Assembly: GCA_048938105.1 (NCBI GenBank)
Contig: JBHLMN010000014.1
Span: 64,001-128,000, forward strand
Length of the DNA stretch: 64,000 bases
Origin: Promethearchaeota archaeon
Lineage (GTDB): Archaea; Asgardarchaeota; Heimdallarchaeia; Hodarchaeales; Hodarchaeaceae
Reading direction: 5' to 3'
Numbering within the stretch: position 1 is the first letter of the stretch; each line of letters opens with the position of its first letter. The notes under the pieces were generated by a model. That model saw nothing but the letters and a program-made list of their open reading frames with translations. It had not been told where the DNA came from and made no database searches. Shown here piece by piece: positions 1 to 8,853 of the stretch. A program made the translations under genes and the position numbers.

Positions 1-497
1 CATCCATGGCTTGGATCCGTCGAATAAGACGCTGTTCCAGCAGGGGTTCCATTTGTAGTTGCCTGATGGACATAATATGAGGAAGATGTTGGGTTTGGGT
101 CAGAGTTATTACCTTCATTAATCATTGTTTGAACTTCAACACTAGCTTCGAACAATAAAATGTAAATCACTTGTTGGACAATAGCTAGCTCTGTTGCAGG
201 GATCGTGAAACGATTTCTTATTCTGATACTGCTTTCAGGGAAATATTGATCTGGTCCATCAACTATTTCGTTTATACTACCTCGTGGAGCTTCTGATGGG
301 GGAATTATGCCAGTACGTGGAATATCTGTTGATGAAGGTATGTTCTTACGTAATGGTTTAACACCCTCTATACTTGTGGAAGAATATTGAGTATTCAGAC
401 TATAAAATTGGATAAAGTAAGCCAATCCATGTACAGAAAAGGCAAATATTAAAACTACTAAAAGAAGGAGTGTTGTACCATTCCGAATTTCTTTCAC
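1..497 (-). CDS. Secreted or membrane-anchored protein, N-terminal part (runs off the window)
   Basis: Hand translation from GTG at 497 gives MKEIRNGTTLLLLVVLIFAFSVHGLAYF..., open to position 1. Basic residues followed by a hydrophobic signal-peptide-like stretch. Confidence 0.7.
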   Translation of the reverse strand, partial: MKEIRNGTTLLLLVVLIFAFSVHGLAYFIQFYSLNTQYSSTSIEGVKPLRKNIPSSTDIPRTGIIPPSEAPRGSINEIVDGPDQYFPESSIRIRNRFTIPATELAIVQQVIYILLFEASVEVQTMINEGNNSDPNPTSSSYYVHQATTNGTPAGTASYSTDPSHG

Positions 498-695
498 TTT
501 AATTCCACCAAAAGGATTGTCCTCTGTTATTTTGAGAACGACAACATTCCCATTCATTTCAAAATTTGAATGGCTTTAAGGGAAAGTATTCCGTAGGTTC
601 ATTAATATTTGACTTTCTTTATTTATGTATCCGTTTAGAATATGTAGAAAAGAATATTTTTTTCAGGAAGAAAATTAATTATTTCTCGTGGGAAA

Positions 696-1887
696 TCAAT
701 CGGACATCTCTCTTGGTTTTTCTATCATAATCAAGGATCCTCGGGCACTAATTCTACCAAGTTGGATAAATTTTGGAAGCGGTTTGAATTGGAGCGTCTG
801 TCCATCAATGTTCATCAGAATTGCATACCCAGTAGACATACGACCCTTAATAAAATATTCGTTACCTTTGTATTTAACCTTATCAAACTTTCGGAAGCCA
901 CAAATCTTACTGGTAGTAAGACATTGTTGACTACGAATCCCTTTGGTCTGTTGGTAATCCCCCGCTGCAACACATTTCTTTAAGAGAACTACTTCAGTTT
1001 TGAATTCAACAGTCTTGCCAAACTGATTTGCAATAGCAACTGCATCATAATAATGTTCTTTTGATAATTTCAAGTACTGTCGATAAGCTTTTGTAATATA
1101 TCCGAAAGTTTCAGTTACATTTACCCGTTTTAACAATTGACTTTGGATGTTATTCATTTGGGTTGCATGATTCAACTGTTTTTTACGTTTTCCATGTAAT
1201 TTATTTCTGACTTTATCTTGGATAACTTTAGGGCTATTATGAAGAGTTTTATGACAGGTTTGGCACATAGTAATTAGATTTTCTGGTTCATTACTGCCAT
1301 CATCCTTTCTATAAATGATGTGGTGACAACAGAGACGTCTATCTTTCGATTTTCCCTTACATTGCCAGCAAGTGTACTTATCACGATGGAGGACATATGC
1401 TTTAATATTTTCAAACTCATAATTAATTCCCTTTTGATAGAGCCATTTATTCTTTAGTACTACAGGATTTTTCAAGGCGTGAGGATCGAAGGTTGCAGTT
1501 TCAACAATAATATTACTAATTGGAACGCGGTTTTCTATAACGGGTTTTTCTAGTTCGGCGGTTTCGGCGGTATTTTGCCCTTCGATTCATTTTTCTCGTG
1601 ATGTCATCTCTCAATTCAACTTGACTCATATAGAAGACATTTCTATGTTCAATATCTACTACTGCTGAACCGAGTTTACGGCTTCCAGGGTCAATTCCTA
1701 GAACTAACGGTTGAATATATTCTGTTCTCGTCTTGTAAAGTAATTTAATTGTAAATGGTGTTTGATGTTTAACCTGTGCTTTCTCTTGTTTTAAGAGCAA
1801 GTGTGCGATAACGGGGCTACATGGCATTAATTGTCTACCATTCACATTAATAACATAAACTACCAATGTTTTTAACCTTTTATTCAA
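696..1887 (-). pseudogene. iscB: IscB RNA-guided endonuclease (IS200/IS605 OMEGA), internally deleted and frameshifted
   Basis: ORF 1516-1887 has the PLMP domain (GRQLMPC), RuvC-I (LGIDPGS) and an Arg-rich bridge helix. The other frame continues PISNIIVETATFD (RuvC-II), HNH (CWQC...HHII...NLITMCQTCH) and RuvC-III (HYYDA). The frames join near 1524. Confidence 0.9.
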
Positions 1888-2195
1888 CCATCTGAAAATT
1901 CAGATAGATCCTCCGTCAATAGTAAATGACGGGTAATGCGTATTCCTAGACTTTGACCATCTAGGAAATCCGACTTCACCTCGACAATGATAACCAGGCT
2001 TTTTACAGCTAAACCACCAGGCCATACCCTTAGACACTTTTTAAGTATAGCCGATAGAGCATCGATCTGGTGCGGCAATCGAAGGTATCCTGACCTGGTT
2101 ATCGGAGTCAGCATTTCTACTCACTAAGTCTGGTGAACTTGAACTTCCTTTTTTTGTGATATAGAAGTTCCATCTAGAAGGATGGGGTAGTTCAC
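1888..2195 (-). ncRNA. omegaRNA (HEARO-like) scaffold of the IscB element
   Basis: The minus strand starts GTGAACTACCCCATCCTTCTAGATGGAACTTC, the typical IscB omegaRNA 5' end and hairpin. It is followed by GTTCACCAG closure, CATTGTCGAGG and several hairpins directly upstream of iscB. Confidence 0.85.
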
Positions 2196-2885
2196 TTATG
2201 TTTGCTTATTATTTCTCTGTTTCTTTATTGCTCGTATGATATCACAAATGATCACATGCTAATTGGGTTAATATTACTTGGTTTCTTACAATTATTTATT
2301 TACTCATGAAATATTAAATATTGATATTTTTCTTTATTTTTCCAATTTATTACTCTCTATTATTGTTATTTATAGTAATGATTCTAATTAAAAGCCTGGG
2401 GCTCTAAATTCTTAACTATCTAATATTTTTCTTATTGCTCCTTAATATAATACAGAGATTCCCCTTATATACTACTAAAATTTTACTGGGAAATCGAATA
2501 ATAGGACGTTGAATTAATTTTTAGTTCATTACTTATTATTAGGATACGTTTGCTTATTTTCTGAGACTCCTGTAAAATTCCCAAAAAGATTATTAAAGAG
2601 AATTTTTCTTAAACATGATATATATTTGTAAAAAATCAAGTAAATGTATAAATATAGATCAGTTTGAACTATTTGGGGTTAAAAAAAATATAATTATATT
2701 CATTTTCTAATGGAAGAGTTCTTCCTAAGAGACTACTTATGAAATGAAGTGACTTTCACCCGATCAGTTTTTATAGAAAGTATTTTTGAGTATAATCAAA
2801 TTCAATATTGTTGTAATACAAATTTATTTAATGAGTCTCTGATGGTCAGAAATCATAGAATTATGCTATTATGGAGTTGGCCTTC

Positions 2886-3635
2886 ATGCCATTATTCAAG
2901 GGAAGTAAAACAAAGAAAGCTCAAGAGGAATTCGATGAAGGAATGGTTTTTTATGAGTCCCAGCGGTATGAAGAGGCCTTGGAGAAGTTTAAAGCTTCAG
3001 CCAAGCTCTTTATAGGGGGAGATCAAAAAAAATTGAGTCAAAGAGCCGAAGCGTACCAATCTTGCGCCTTAGGCTATATAAATGTACTGAATATGAATTT
3101 TCTTGAGGCAATTAGGTGTTTTGGTAAGGCAAATGTGATTTTCTCAACTGAAGGATTTTTAGAGGAAGCAAAACAAGCTAGAACCATTCAAGCCCAAACA
3201 CAAGGTGAATTGGCCAAGACTAAAGCTAGAGACGGGGAGTTTATAGAATCAGCCCGATTATATGAATCTGCAGGTGCTCTTTACCAGACAACGGGGTTAG
3301 AGATGGAAGCAGCACGAGCACGCGCCCGATCGTTTGTACAGAGAGCAGCTGCAATGGAATCGAATTCTGATAAAGCTTATTATTTGGAAAAGGCAGTAGA
3401 AGAGTTCAAGAAAGGGCGGGAAGATCCAACACGATATGAAGCACATGCATTATATCAACGAGCAAGGGCCTTAATCAGTGCACGAGAAAACGTTAAAGAA
3501 GTAATTGACCTTCTAGCCAAAGCTCATGAGAAATACCATAAGGTGGGAAATGATTCACAAACGGAAAAGGTTAAACAATTACTGAAAGATTTAACAGAAC
3601 AGGTGAAAACTCGCCCAGCCGAGTTCGGGATATAA
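2886..3635 (+). CDS. TPR-like alpha-helical protein, alpha-SNAP-like
   Basis: Helical repeats such as EAIRCFGKANVIFSTEG and ESARLYESAGALY. ATG start at 2886 preferred. Confidence 0.65.
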   Translation: MPLFKGSKTKKAQEEFDEGMVFYESQRYEEALEKFKASAKLFIGGDQKKLSQRAEAYQSCALGYINVLNMNFLEAIRCFGKANVIFSTEGFLEEAKQARTIQAQTQGELAKTKARDGEFIESARLYESAGALYQTTGLEMEAARARARSFVQRAAAMESNSDKAYYLEKAVEEFKKGREDPTRYEAHALYQRARALISARENVKEVIDLLAKAHEKYHKVGNDSQTEKVKQLLKDLTEQVKTRPAEFGI

Positions 3636-3670
3636 TTATTAAATAAGCATCCTAAATTTATCTCAAGCCC

Positions 3671-3734
3671 AGCCAATGATGACAGCTTAGGGAACAGACT
3701 TCTTTCAATGATGAACGATGAGCGGTCTGAGGCT
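3671..3734 (+). ncRNA. Box C/D guide sRNA (A)
   Basis: AGCC/GGCT terminal stem; C ATGATGA 3676-3682; 12-nt guide; D' CAGA 3695-3698; C' ATGATGA 3708-3714; 12-nt guide; D CTGA 3727-3730. Confidence 0.85.
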
Positions 3735-3762
3735 TCTAAACTCTTTTTAGGATTTAATTACA

Positions 3763-4506
3763 ATGATGGTTACAGTTTTTCCTCTTCGGGATTTTCCTCT
3801 CATTAATCCAGGAGATGATCTTGAAAAGATTTTGATAACTGAATTACGAAAAATAGACTTGATTGATGACGATATTCTTGTCATTGCTCATACTATTGTA
3901 TCGAAAGCGGAAAATAATGTTTATAATCTTCATGAAGTGACTCCAAGCGCCTTTGCTCAACAAATCGCTGAATTACAAGATAAAGATCCAAGAAAAATTG
4001 AGGTTATCCTTCGTGAAAGCCGTGAAATCATTAGAATGAATGAACGAGTGTTGATAACTGCAACAAAACATGGCTTTGTCTGTGCTAATAGCGGAGTAGA
4101 TAAATCCAACATGCCTGGAGAAGCAGTCATATCCCTTCCTAATGACCCAGACCTATCAGCTCGGAGGATAAAAAAGCGTATTCTTTCAGAGTTGGGAAAG
4201 AATGTTGCTGTGATTATTTCTGACACGTTCGGCCGTCCTCTCCGAGTAGGAACTGTCAATGTTGCTATTGGTATCGCTGGAATTGATCCCATTGATGATT
4301 TAAGGGGACGAAAGGATCTTTTTGGCTATGAAATGCAATCCACATTTGTAGCTAGAGCAGATGAAGTTGCTGCCGCAGCAGGTTTAGTTATGGGCCAAAC
4401 AGATGAGGGAACACCTGCGATTATTGTCCGCGGGGTGGAATATACGCAAGCTGATGCTTATGCAACTAGTTTGAATAGAGATCCACAAACAGATGTGTTC
4501 CGTTAA
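3763..4506 (+). CDS. cofE: Coenzyme F420-0:gamma-glutamyl ligase
   Basis: Motifs IVSKAEN, ANSGVDKSN, IISDTFGRPLR, ADEVAAAA, GQTDEGTP. Confidence 0.93.
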   Translation: MMVTVFPLRDFPLINPGDDLEKILITELRKIDLIDDDILVIAHTIVSKAENNVYNLHEVTPSAFAQQIAELQDKDPRKIEVILRESREIIRMNERVLITATKHGFVCANSGVDKSNMPGEAVISLPNDPDLSARRIKKRILSELGKNVAVIISDTFGRPLRVGTVNVAIGIAGIDPIDDLRGRKDLFGYEMQSTFVARADEVAAAAGLVMGQTDEGTPAIIVRGVEYTQADAYATSLNRDPQTDVFR

Positions 4507-4670
4507 GCGAGTAACCCAGATTTTTCTAATGGCTATTTTTCCTACATTTCCTTGTTATAATAGGAAGTAAGTAGATTGAATATTTATTCTAATCCAGCAC
4601 ATAAGAATAATTTTCTTGAGGAATTTAATTTAAATTAGCAATAAAAATCGATGAATCAAACCAGATCTGT

Positions 4671-4708
4671 GCGCTGATAGTCTAGTCTGGTAGGACTCCA
4701 GCTTCATT
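4671..4708 (+). tRNA. 5' half of a split or giant-intron Gly-type tRNA
   Basis: GCGCTGA acceptor strand, complete D arm, anticodon-stem strand CCAGC, then TTCA-TTA forming one side of a BHB with 7393-7399. Confidence 0.8.
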
Positions 4709-4827
4709 AAAACTTACATAAAAAATTATTGAATGAGTCTCAATAATATGATTTGGACATGATGAGATAAAAAATACTATTAAATTGAAAAATCAAACAA
4801 AATAACACATACTTAATGAGCTTTAAT

Positions 4828-4901
4828 GCGCTGATAATCTAGTTTGGTTAGGATACTTGCCTCCCAAGCAAGCGACCCGGGTTCAAATCCCGGTCGGCGC
4901 A
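4828..4901 (+). tRNA. tRNA-Gly(CCC), intronless, nested between the two halves
   Basis: Full cloverleaf with CTTGC-CT-CCC-AA-GCAAG, followed by a T5 tract. Confidence 0.95.
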
Positions 4902-4968
4902 CTTTTTAAATAGTAGTAACATTTTAAGCTTAGAATTATTTATAACTAACCTTTTTGGAACTATATTT

Positions 4969-7116
4969 CTAGTAATATCCTCTCTTAGAGTGCTTCCATA
5001 GAGTATATAGATAAATATCTCGAAATAACGTTTCTTCGCCTGCATTAAAGTTTAAAATACTTATAAGTTCATTGATTTTCGTTCTTGTATTATTATCCAA
5101 TTCTCTCTTAAAACCAATAGCCTCTTCTCCATATTTATTTAGGATTTCGGTTACATGGGTCACTAAGATGTCAGAATTTTTGATATTTCGTTTGAATAAG
5201 CCATGACGAATCGCAGATGTAACTTCCATTAAACGGCCAAGCTTATAATCACTCTCTCCCCAATAACTGAGAATTAGGATGTTAAAATCCTTTTGTTCAT
5301 TAATAAAACAATTTGAAACACTTCCTTTTGGTATAAATTCAACTTGTAAATTCTTTACTTTACCTGATGTCAAGTCATAATTACCTAATGTTTTTAATTC
5401 ATCAAATAAGAAAGTAGAATCTCGAAGTTTTCCCTTCTTATTCCCTAATTCACGTATAAATTTCGTTTGAACGATTTCACAAGCTTTTTGATTAGCTCTA
5501 GTAATATTGTCAGGGAAAGTAATCAAATTCTTATGTGTTTTTATATATCCCCATTTTATTTCGGAAACTACTTTTAATGGGAGATCTAAGTTCCCTAACT
5601 GATTTCTTTCCTGTGTAAATAGTGTAATTCTAAGACGAATCTTTGGATCTTGAATGACAGCACCCACAAATGCTGGTAATCCTTTCGGATTATTTTCATC
5701 TAAAAATTCCTTGAGATTTCTATTAATTGGGCCAATATTCGGGAATTTCTCTGCCTGGTCAATGCTATAAATTATTCCAGAATAATGCAGATGCTTACTT
5801 TGTTTTCTTATTTTCTGAATTGCTCTTGCTAGATGCATTGGAGTTATTTTTGTTCTAACTTTGTTCCACCATTTATTAAAATCGGTTCTATCACTAGGAA
5901 ATTTATTCTGATTATTTATTTCTTTAGTGATAGCATCAATAAGTTTTGATCTATCCTGTAAATAAATTTTAGTGGAATTACAAATGTTCGGATAATAGAG
6001 TTCATCTGTAATAAAGATCACTCTTCTACCTTTATCTTCAAAAGATTTTACTATTTTTTGAACATTCTTATATCTAGATAGCCAATTTGGTTTTAAATCA
6101 TCAATATATTCCCAAAATTTAATTTCTAAGTAGTCATCAAGGAGTAACTCATCAAATTTAGGTCGATACACTTTTTTGAAGCCATTTCGAGCTTGCCATG
6201 ATTCTTCGGGATATCCAATGTCCATTGCTTTTAATTCAGCAATTATTTCGTCCATTAATGTGATTCTGATACTGCTTAGTTTTGGTTTATATGGATTGAT
6301 CGTTTCCATCAGGTAATCCATTATTTTTCTTCTTGCACCTGTTTTTTTAGCAAATAGAAAAGGCTTAATGCCATTCTTATTCCATGTAGATTTAGCATTA
6401 CGAATGTAATATGTTTCCCTTAACCCTGTAGATGGATTGACGATGTTAAGATCAATTAGACATTTTTTTCCAACAATTTTATTTCTAAGAATAAACCATT
6501 CTTCATAAAAGCCAGGAGTGAAACATGAGGTTCCAAGATCAATTTCAAAATCTTGAAACACTTTAAGACGTTCAAATTCGTCACTATTATAGCGAAATCT
6601 CCTTAGGGGAGCTCCATATATTTGTTGGATCTCGTTGTAAAGATACCACATATGAGATGTCGGAGCTATCTTTTCTTTCACAATCTCATTCCATTTCTGT
6701 GAAAACAGAAGGAAGTCTTTAAAATTCCCATGTTTTCGCCCCTGCTCTCCGTATTTCAGAGTTTCTATTAAATGTTTTTGATGAAACATATATTGAGTAT
6801 ATCTATGCTTGAATATTCTCATATTTACAAAGCTATTATCAATTTTTGAGGAGATCACATCATTATAATCATTAGCTTCCCCTTTTCGAATGAATTCTCT
6901 TATGATAGCGTATGACGAAGTAAATTCAGTACTAACAATTTCTTTGATAAGTGTTGGGTTATTCACCCACTTTCGCCATTTTCCACTTAAGTACATAGTA
7001 TGAGGAAGGATCAAATAGTCCAAAAGTTCAATAGTTTTCGTTTCTTCAGGGAATGGATCGTCAAAATACCCTGGTTGAGTTTTTTTTCTATCGTTAGTCA
7101 GCAATTGATCGTTCAC
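4969..7116 (-). CDS. 715-aa hypothetical protein with repeated PD-(D/E)XK-like nuclease motifs
   Basis: Long, very AT-rich ORF. Motifs YRPKFDELLLDDYLEIKFW, LGNLDLPLKVVSEIKWG and degenerate LGNYDLTSGKVKNLQVEF. Confidence 0.6.
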   Translation of the reverse strand: MNDQLLTNDRKKTQPGYFDDPFPEETKTIELLDYLILPHTMYLSGKWRKWVNNPTLIKEIVSTEFTSSYAIIREFIRKGEANDYNDVISSKIDNSFVNMRIFKHRYTQYMFHQKHLIETLKYGEQGRKHGNFKDFLLFSQKWNEIVKEKIAPTSHMWYLYNEIQQIYGAPLRRFRYNSDEFERLKVFQDFEIDLGTSCFTPGFYEEWFILRNKIVGKKCLIDLNIVNPSTGLRETYYIRNAKSTWNKNGIKPFLFAKKTGARRKIMDYLMETINPYKPKLSSIRITLMDEIIAELKAMDIGYPEESWQARNGFKKVYRPKFDELLLDDYLEIKFWEYIDDLKPNWLSRYKNVQKIVKSFEDKGRRVIFITDELYYPNICNSTKIYLQDRSKLIDAITKEINNQNKFPSDRTDFNKWWNKVRTKITPMHLARAIQKIRKQSKHLHYSGIIYSIDQAEKFPNIGPINRNLKEFLDENNPKGLPAFVGAVIQDPKIRLRITLFTQERNQLGNLDLPLKVVSEIKWGYIKTHKNLITFPDNITRANQKACEIVQTKFIRELGNKKGKLRDSTFLFDELKTLGNYDLTSGKVKNLQVEFIPKGSVSNCFINEQKDFNILILSYWGESDYKLGRLMEVTSAIRHGLFKRNIKNSDILVTHVTEILNKYGEEAIGFKRELDNNTRTKINELISILNFNAGEETLFRDIYLYTLWKHSKRGYY

Positions 7117-7398
7117 AATAAAGAATTCTCTTCCATCTTTTTTAAAACTATTATTCCCCTAATTACAAGTTATAAAATCTTTAATTCCTCTGTATTCGCC
7201 ATAATCTTAATGTTTTTTGATAATATTCCCTAGAGTGATGAGATATGGATTTTTTCAGAGCTTTATCATTTCACTTCATACTTTTGTCTTACTTTTATCT
7301 TCTTTTATTTCACTTAATTCTCTACTCTTAATTCTAGGACAAAAGGAGTTGTTATATTCATATCAAGATATATAAAACGATTCTAAGAACTTTGAAAT

Positions 7399-7462
7399 TG
7401 CTGGTGACCCGGGTTCAAAAACCATCCACTTTAGAGGATTGCTGGAAATCCCGGTCGGCGCA
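7399..7462 (+). tRNA. 3' half of the Gly-type tRNA, carrying a 29-nt BHB intron at 59/60 (7420-7448)
   Basis: GCTGG pairs with CCAGC of the 5' half; TGAC variable loop. Removing 7420-7448 (central helix TTCA/TGGA, bulges AA|A and AA|T) restores CCGGG-TTCAAAT-CCCGG-TCGGCGC-A. Confidence 0.85.
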
Positions 7463-7490
7463 TCCTCCTAGTTAATAAACTGATGCTACA

Positions 7491-7781
7491 ATGATAATCC
7501 GCTTAAAGTTTCTTGGATCATTACAATATGATTTAAAACAGCAGAATTTACCTTACCAGATTTCTTCGGAAAAATCTGTACAAGAAATTGTTTCAGAGCT
7601 TACACAGAATCCCCAATTCAAGGAACTGAAGAGTTTCTTTACTGAGTCTTTGGAGATAAAGCGATCCCTCTTGATTTTTATCAATGAACAAGAAATATCT
7701 GTACTGGATGGTATGAAATCTAAGGTAAAAGCGGAGGATATAATAGCCTTTATACCAGTCATTCATGGAGGAATATTCTGA
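7491..7781 (+). CDS. Urm1/SAMP (MoaD/ThiS-family) ubiquitin-like protein with a C-terminal GG-IF extension
   Basis: Beta-grasp pattern, LIFINEQEI...EDIIAFIPVIHGG followed by IF. Confidence 0.85.
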   Translation: MIIRLKFLGSLQYDLKQQNLPYQISSEKSVQEIVSELTQNPQFKELKSFFTESLEIKRSLLIFINEQEISVLDGMKSKVKAEDIIAFIPVIHGGIF

Positions 7782-7812
7782 TCAAACATTTAATAGATAG
7801 AAGTGATGATTA

Positions 7813-8739
7813 ATGACGATAAATATGAAAGGACGTTCTTTATTAACGCTTAAGGATCTTTCGCCAGAGGAGATTCGCTTTCTGATTGATGAGGCAACGG
7901 AATTCAAAACTCACAGGTCACAATTTATACAGAGTCAACCGTTAAACGGAAAAACTTTAGGTATGATTTTTCAAAAACGCTCAACACGAACTCGTGTCTC
8001 GACAGAAACAGCTATGGTTGAATTAGGGGGACATGCCCTATTCTTAGGAAAGGATGACATTCAATTAGGTGTTAATGAATCTATACAAGATACAGCAAAA
8101 GTTTTGGGCCGAATGGTTTCTGGGATTCTAGCTCGTGTTTTTGATCATGCTGATGTAGAAATTCTTGCAAAATATTCTGGAGTTCCAGTAATTAATGCAC
8201 TTTCAGATCTATTCCATCCGCTTCAGGGATTAGCAGACCTAATGACAATCGAAGAGCATCTAGGGAAACTGAAAGGAGTAAATATTGCGTGGATAGGAGA
8301 TGGGAATAATGTATGCCATTCATTAATGATTGCTTCTATAAAGATGGGGATGAACATATGTATTGCAACACCTGAAGAATATGAACCAGATTCTACAGTC
8401 CTAGAATACTGTATGAATAATACATCGTCATCTGAACAGATAAAGGTGATCCATGATCCTATCATGGCCGCTAAAGACGCAAACGTAGTTGTAACGGATA
8501 CATTCATCTCCATGGGACAAGAATCAGAGAAGGAAGAGAAATTACGTAAATTTGAGGGTTATCAAGTTAATTCGCAGCTAGTTCATCACTCAGCCAAAGA
8601 TTTCATTTTCATGCATTGCCTTCCCCGTCATAAAGAGGAAGTTACTGATGAAATAATATATGGTAAGCACTCAGTTGTTTTCGATGAAGCTGAGAATCGT
8701 TTACATACGGTGGCAGCAGTATTGAAGAACGTCTTATGA
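7813..8739 (+). CDS. argF: Ornithine carbamoyltransferase
   Basis: STRTR, HPLQ, GDGNNV, SMG and HCLP motifs. Confidence 0.96.
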   Translation: MTINMKGRSLLTLKDLSPEEIRFLIDEATEFKTHRSQFIQSQPLNGKTLGMIFQKRSTRTRVSTETAMVELGGHALFLGKDDIQLGVNESIQDTAKVLGRMVSGILARVFDHADVEILAKYSGVPVINALSDLFHPLQGLADLMTIEEHLGKLKGVNIAWIGDGNNVCHSLMIASIKMGMNICIATPEEYEPDSTVLEYCMNNTSSSEQIKVIHDPIMAAKDANVVVTDTFISMGQESEKEEKLRKFEGYQVNSQLVHHSAKDFIFMHCLPRHKEEVTDEIIYGKHSVVFDEAENRLHTVAAVLKNVL

Positions 8740-8853
8740 GCTTCCATAAATGAAATATGTCTATGCAGAGAGAAAATCCATAGAGAAGATTTATATGAGT
8801 GTAATTTGGAAGATGGTTAATAAAAAGATGATAGAAATAAAGAGGCTAAATTC

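Noticed and set aside
1884-2114. 76-aa ORF upstream of iscB
   Set aside because: Lies wholly within the omegaRNA scaffold.
4698-4708. Reading the split tRNA as a UCA (UGA-suppressor) tRNA-Gly from the CT-TCA sequence
   Set aside because: The BHB register and 5-bp stem put CAU, not UCA, at positions 34-36, and many core genes here (argF, rrp4, rrp42) end in TGA.
4700-4822. Inverted repeat AGCTTCATTAA / TTAATGAGCT, with an ATGATGA box in the spacer
   Set aside because: AT-rich, gives no valid BHB or 3' exon, and has no convincing D boxes; at most an alternative fold.
4848-5045. 65-aa minus-strand ORF
   Set aside because: Antisense to tRNA-Gly and overlaps the 715-aa ORF.
7400-7462. 3' half as a simple attR duplication of tRNA-Gly(CCC) 4828-4901
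   Set aside because: Its anticodon-stem strand (GCTGG) matches the 4671 fragment, not the intact gene (GCAAG). It has its own intron, and no integrase is visible.
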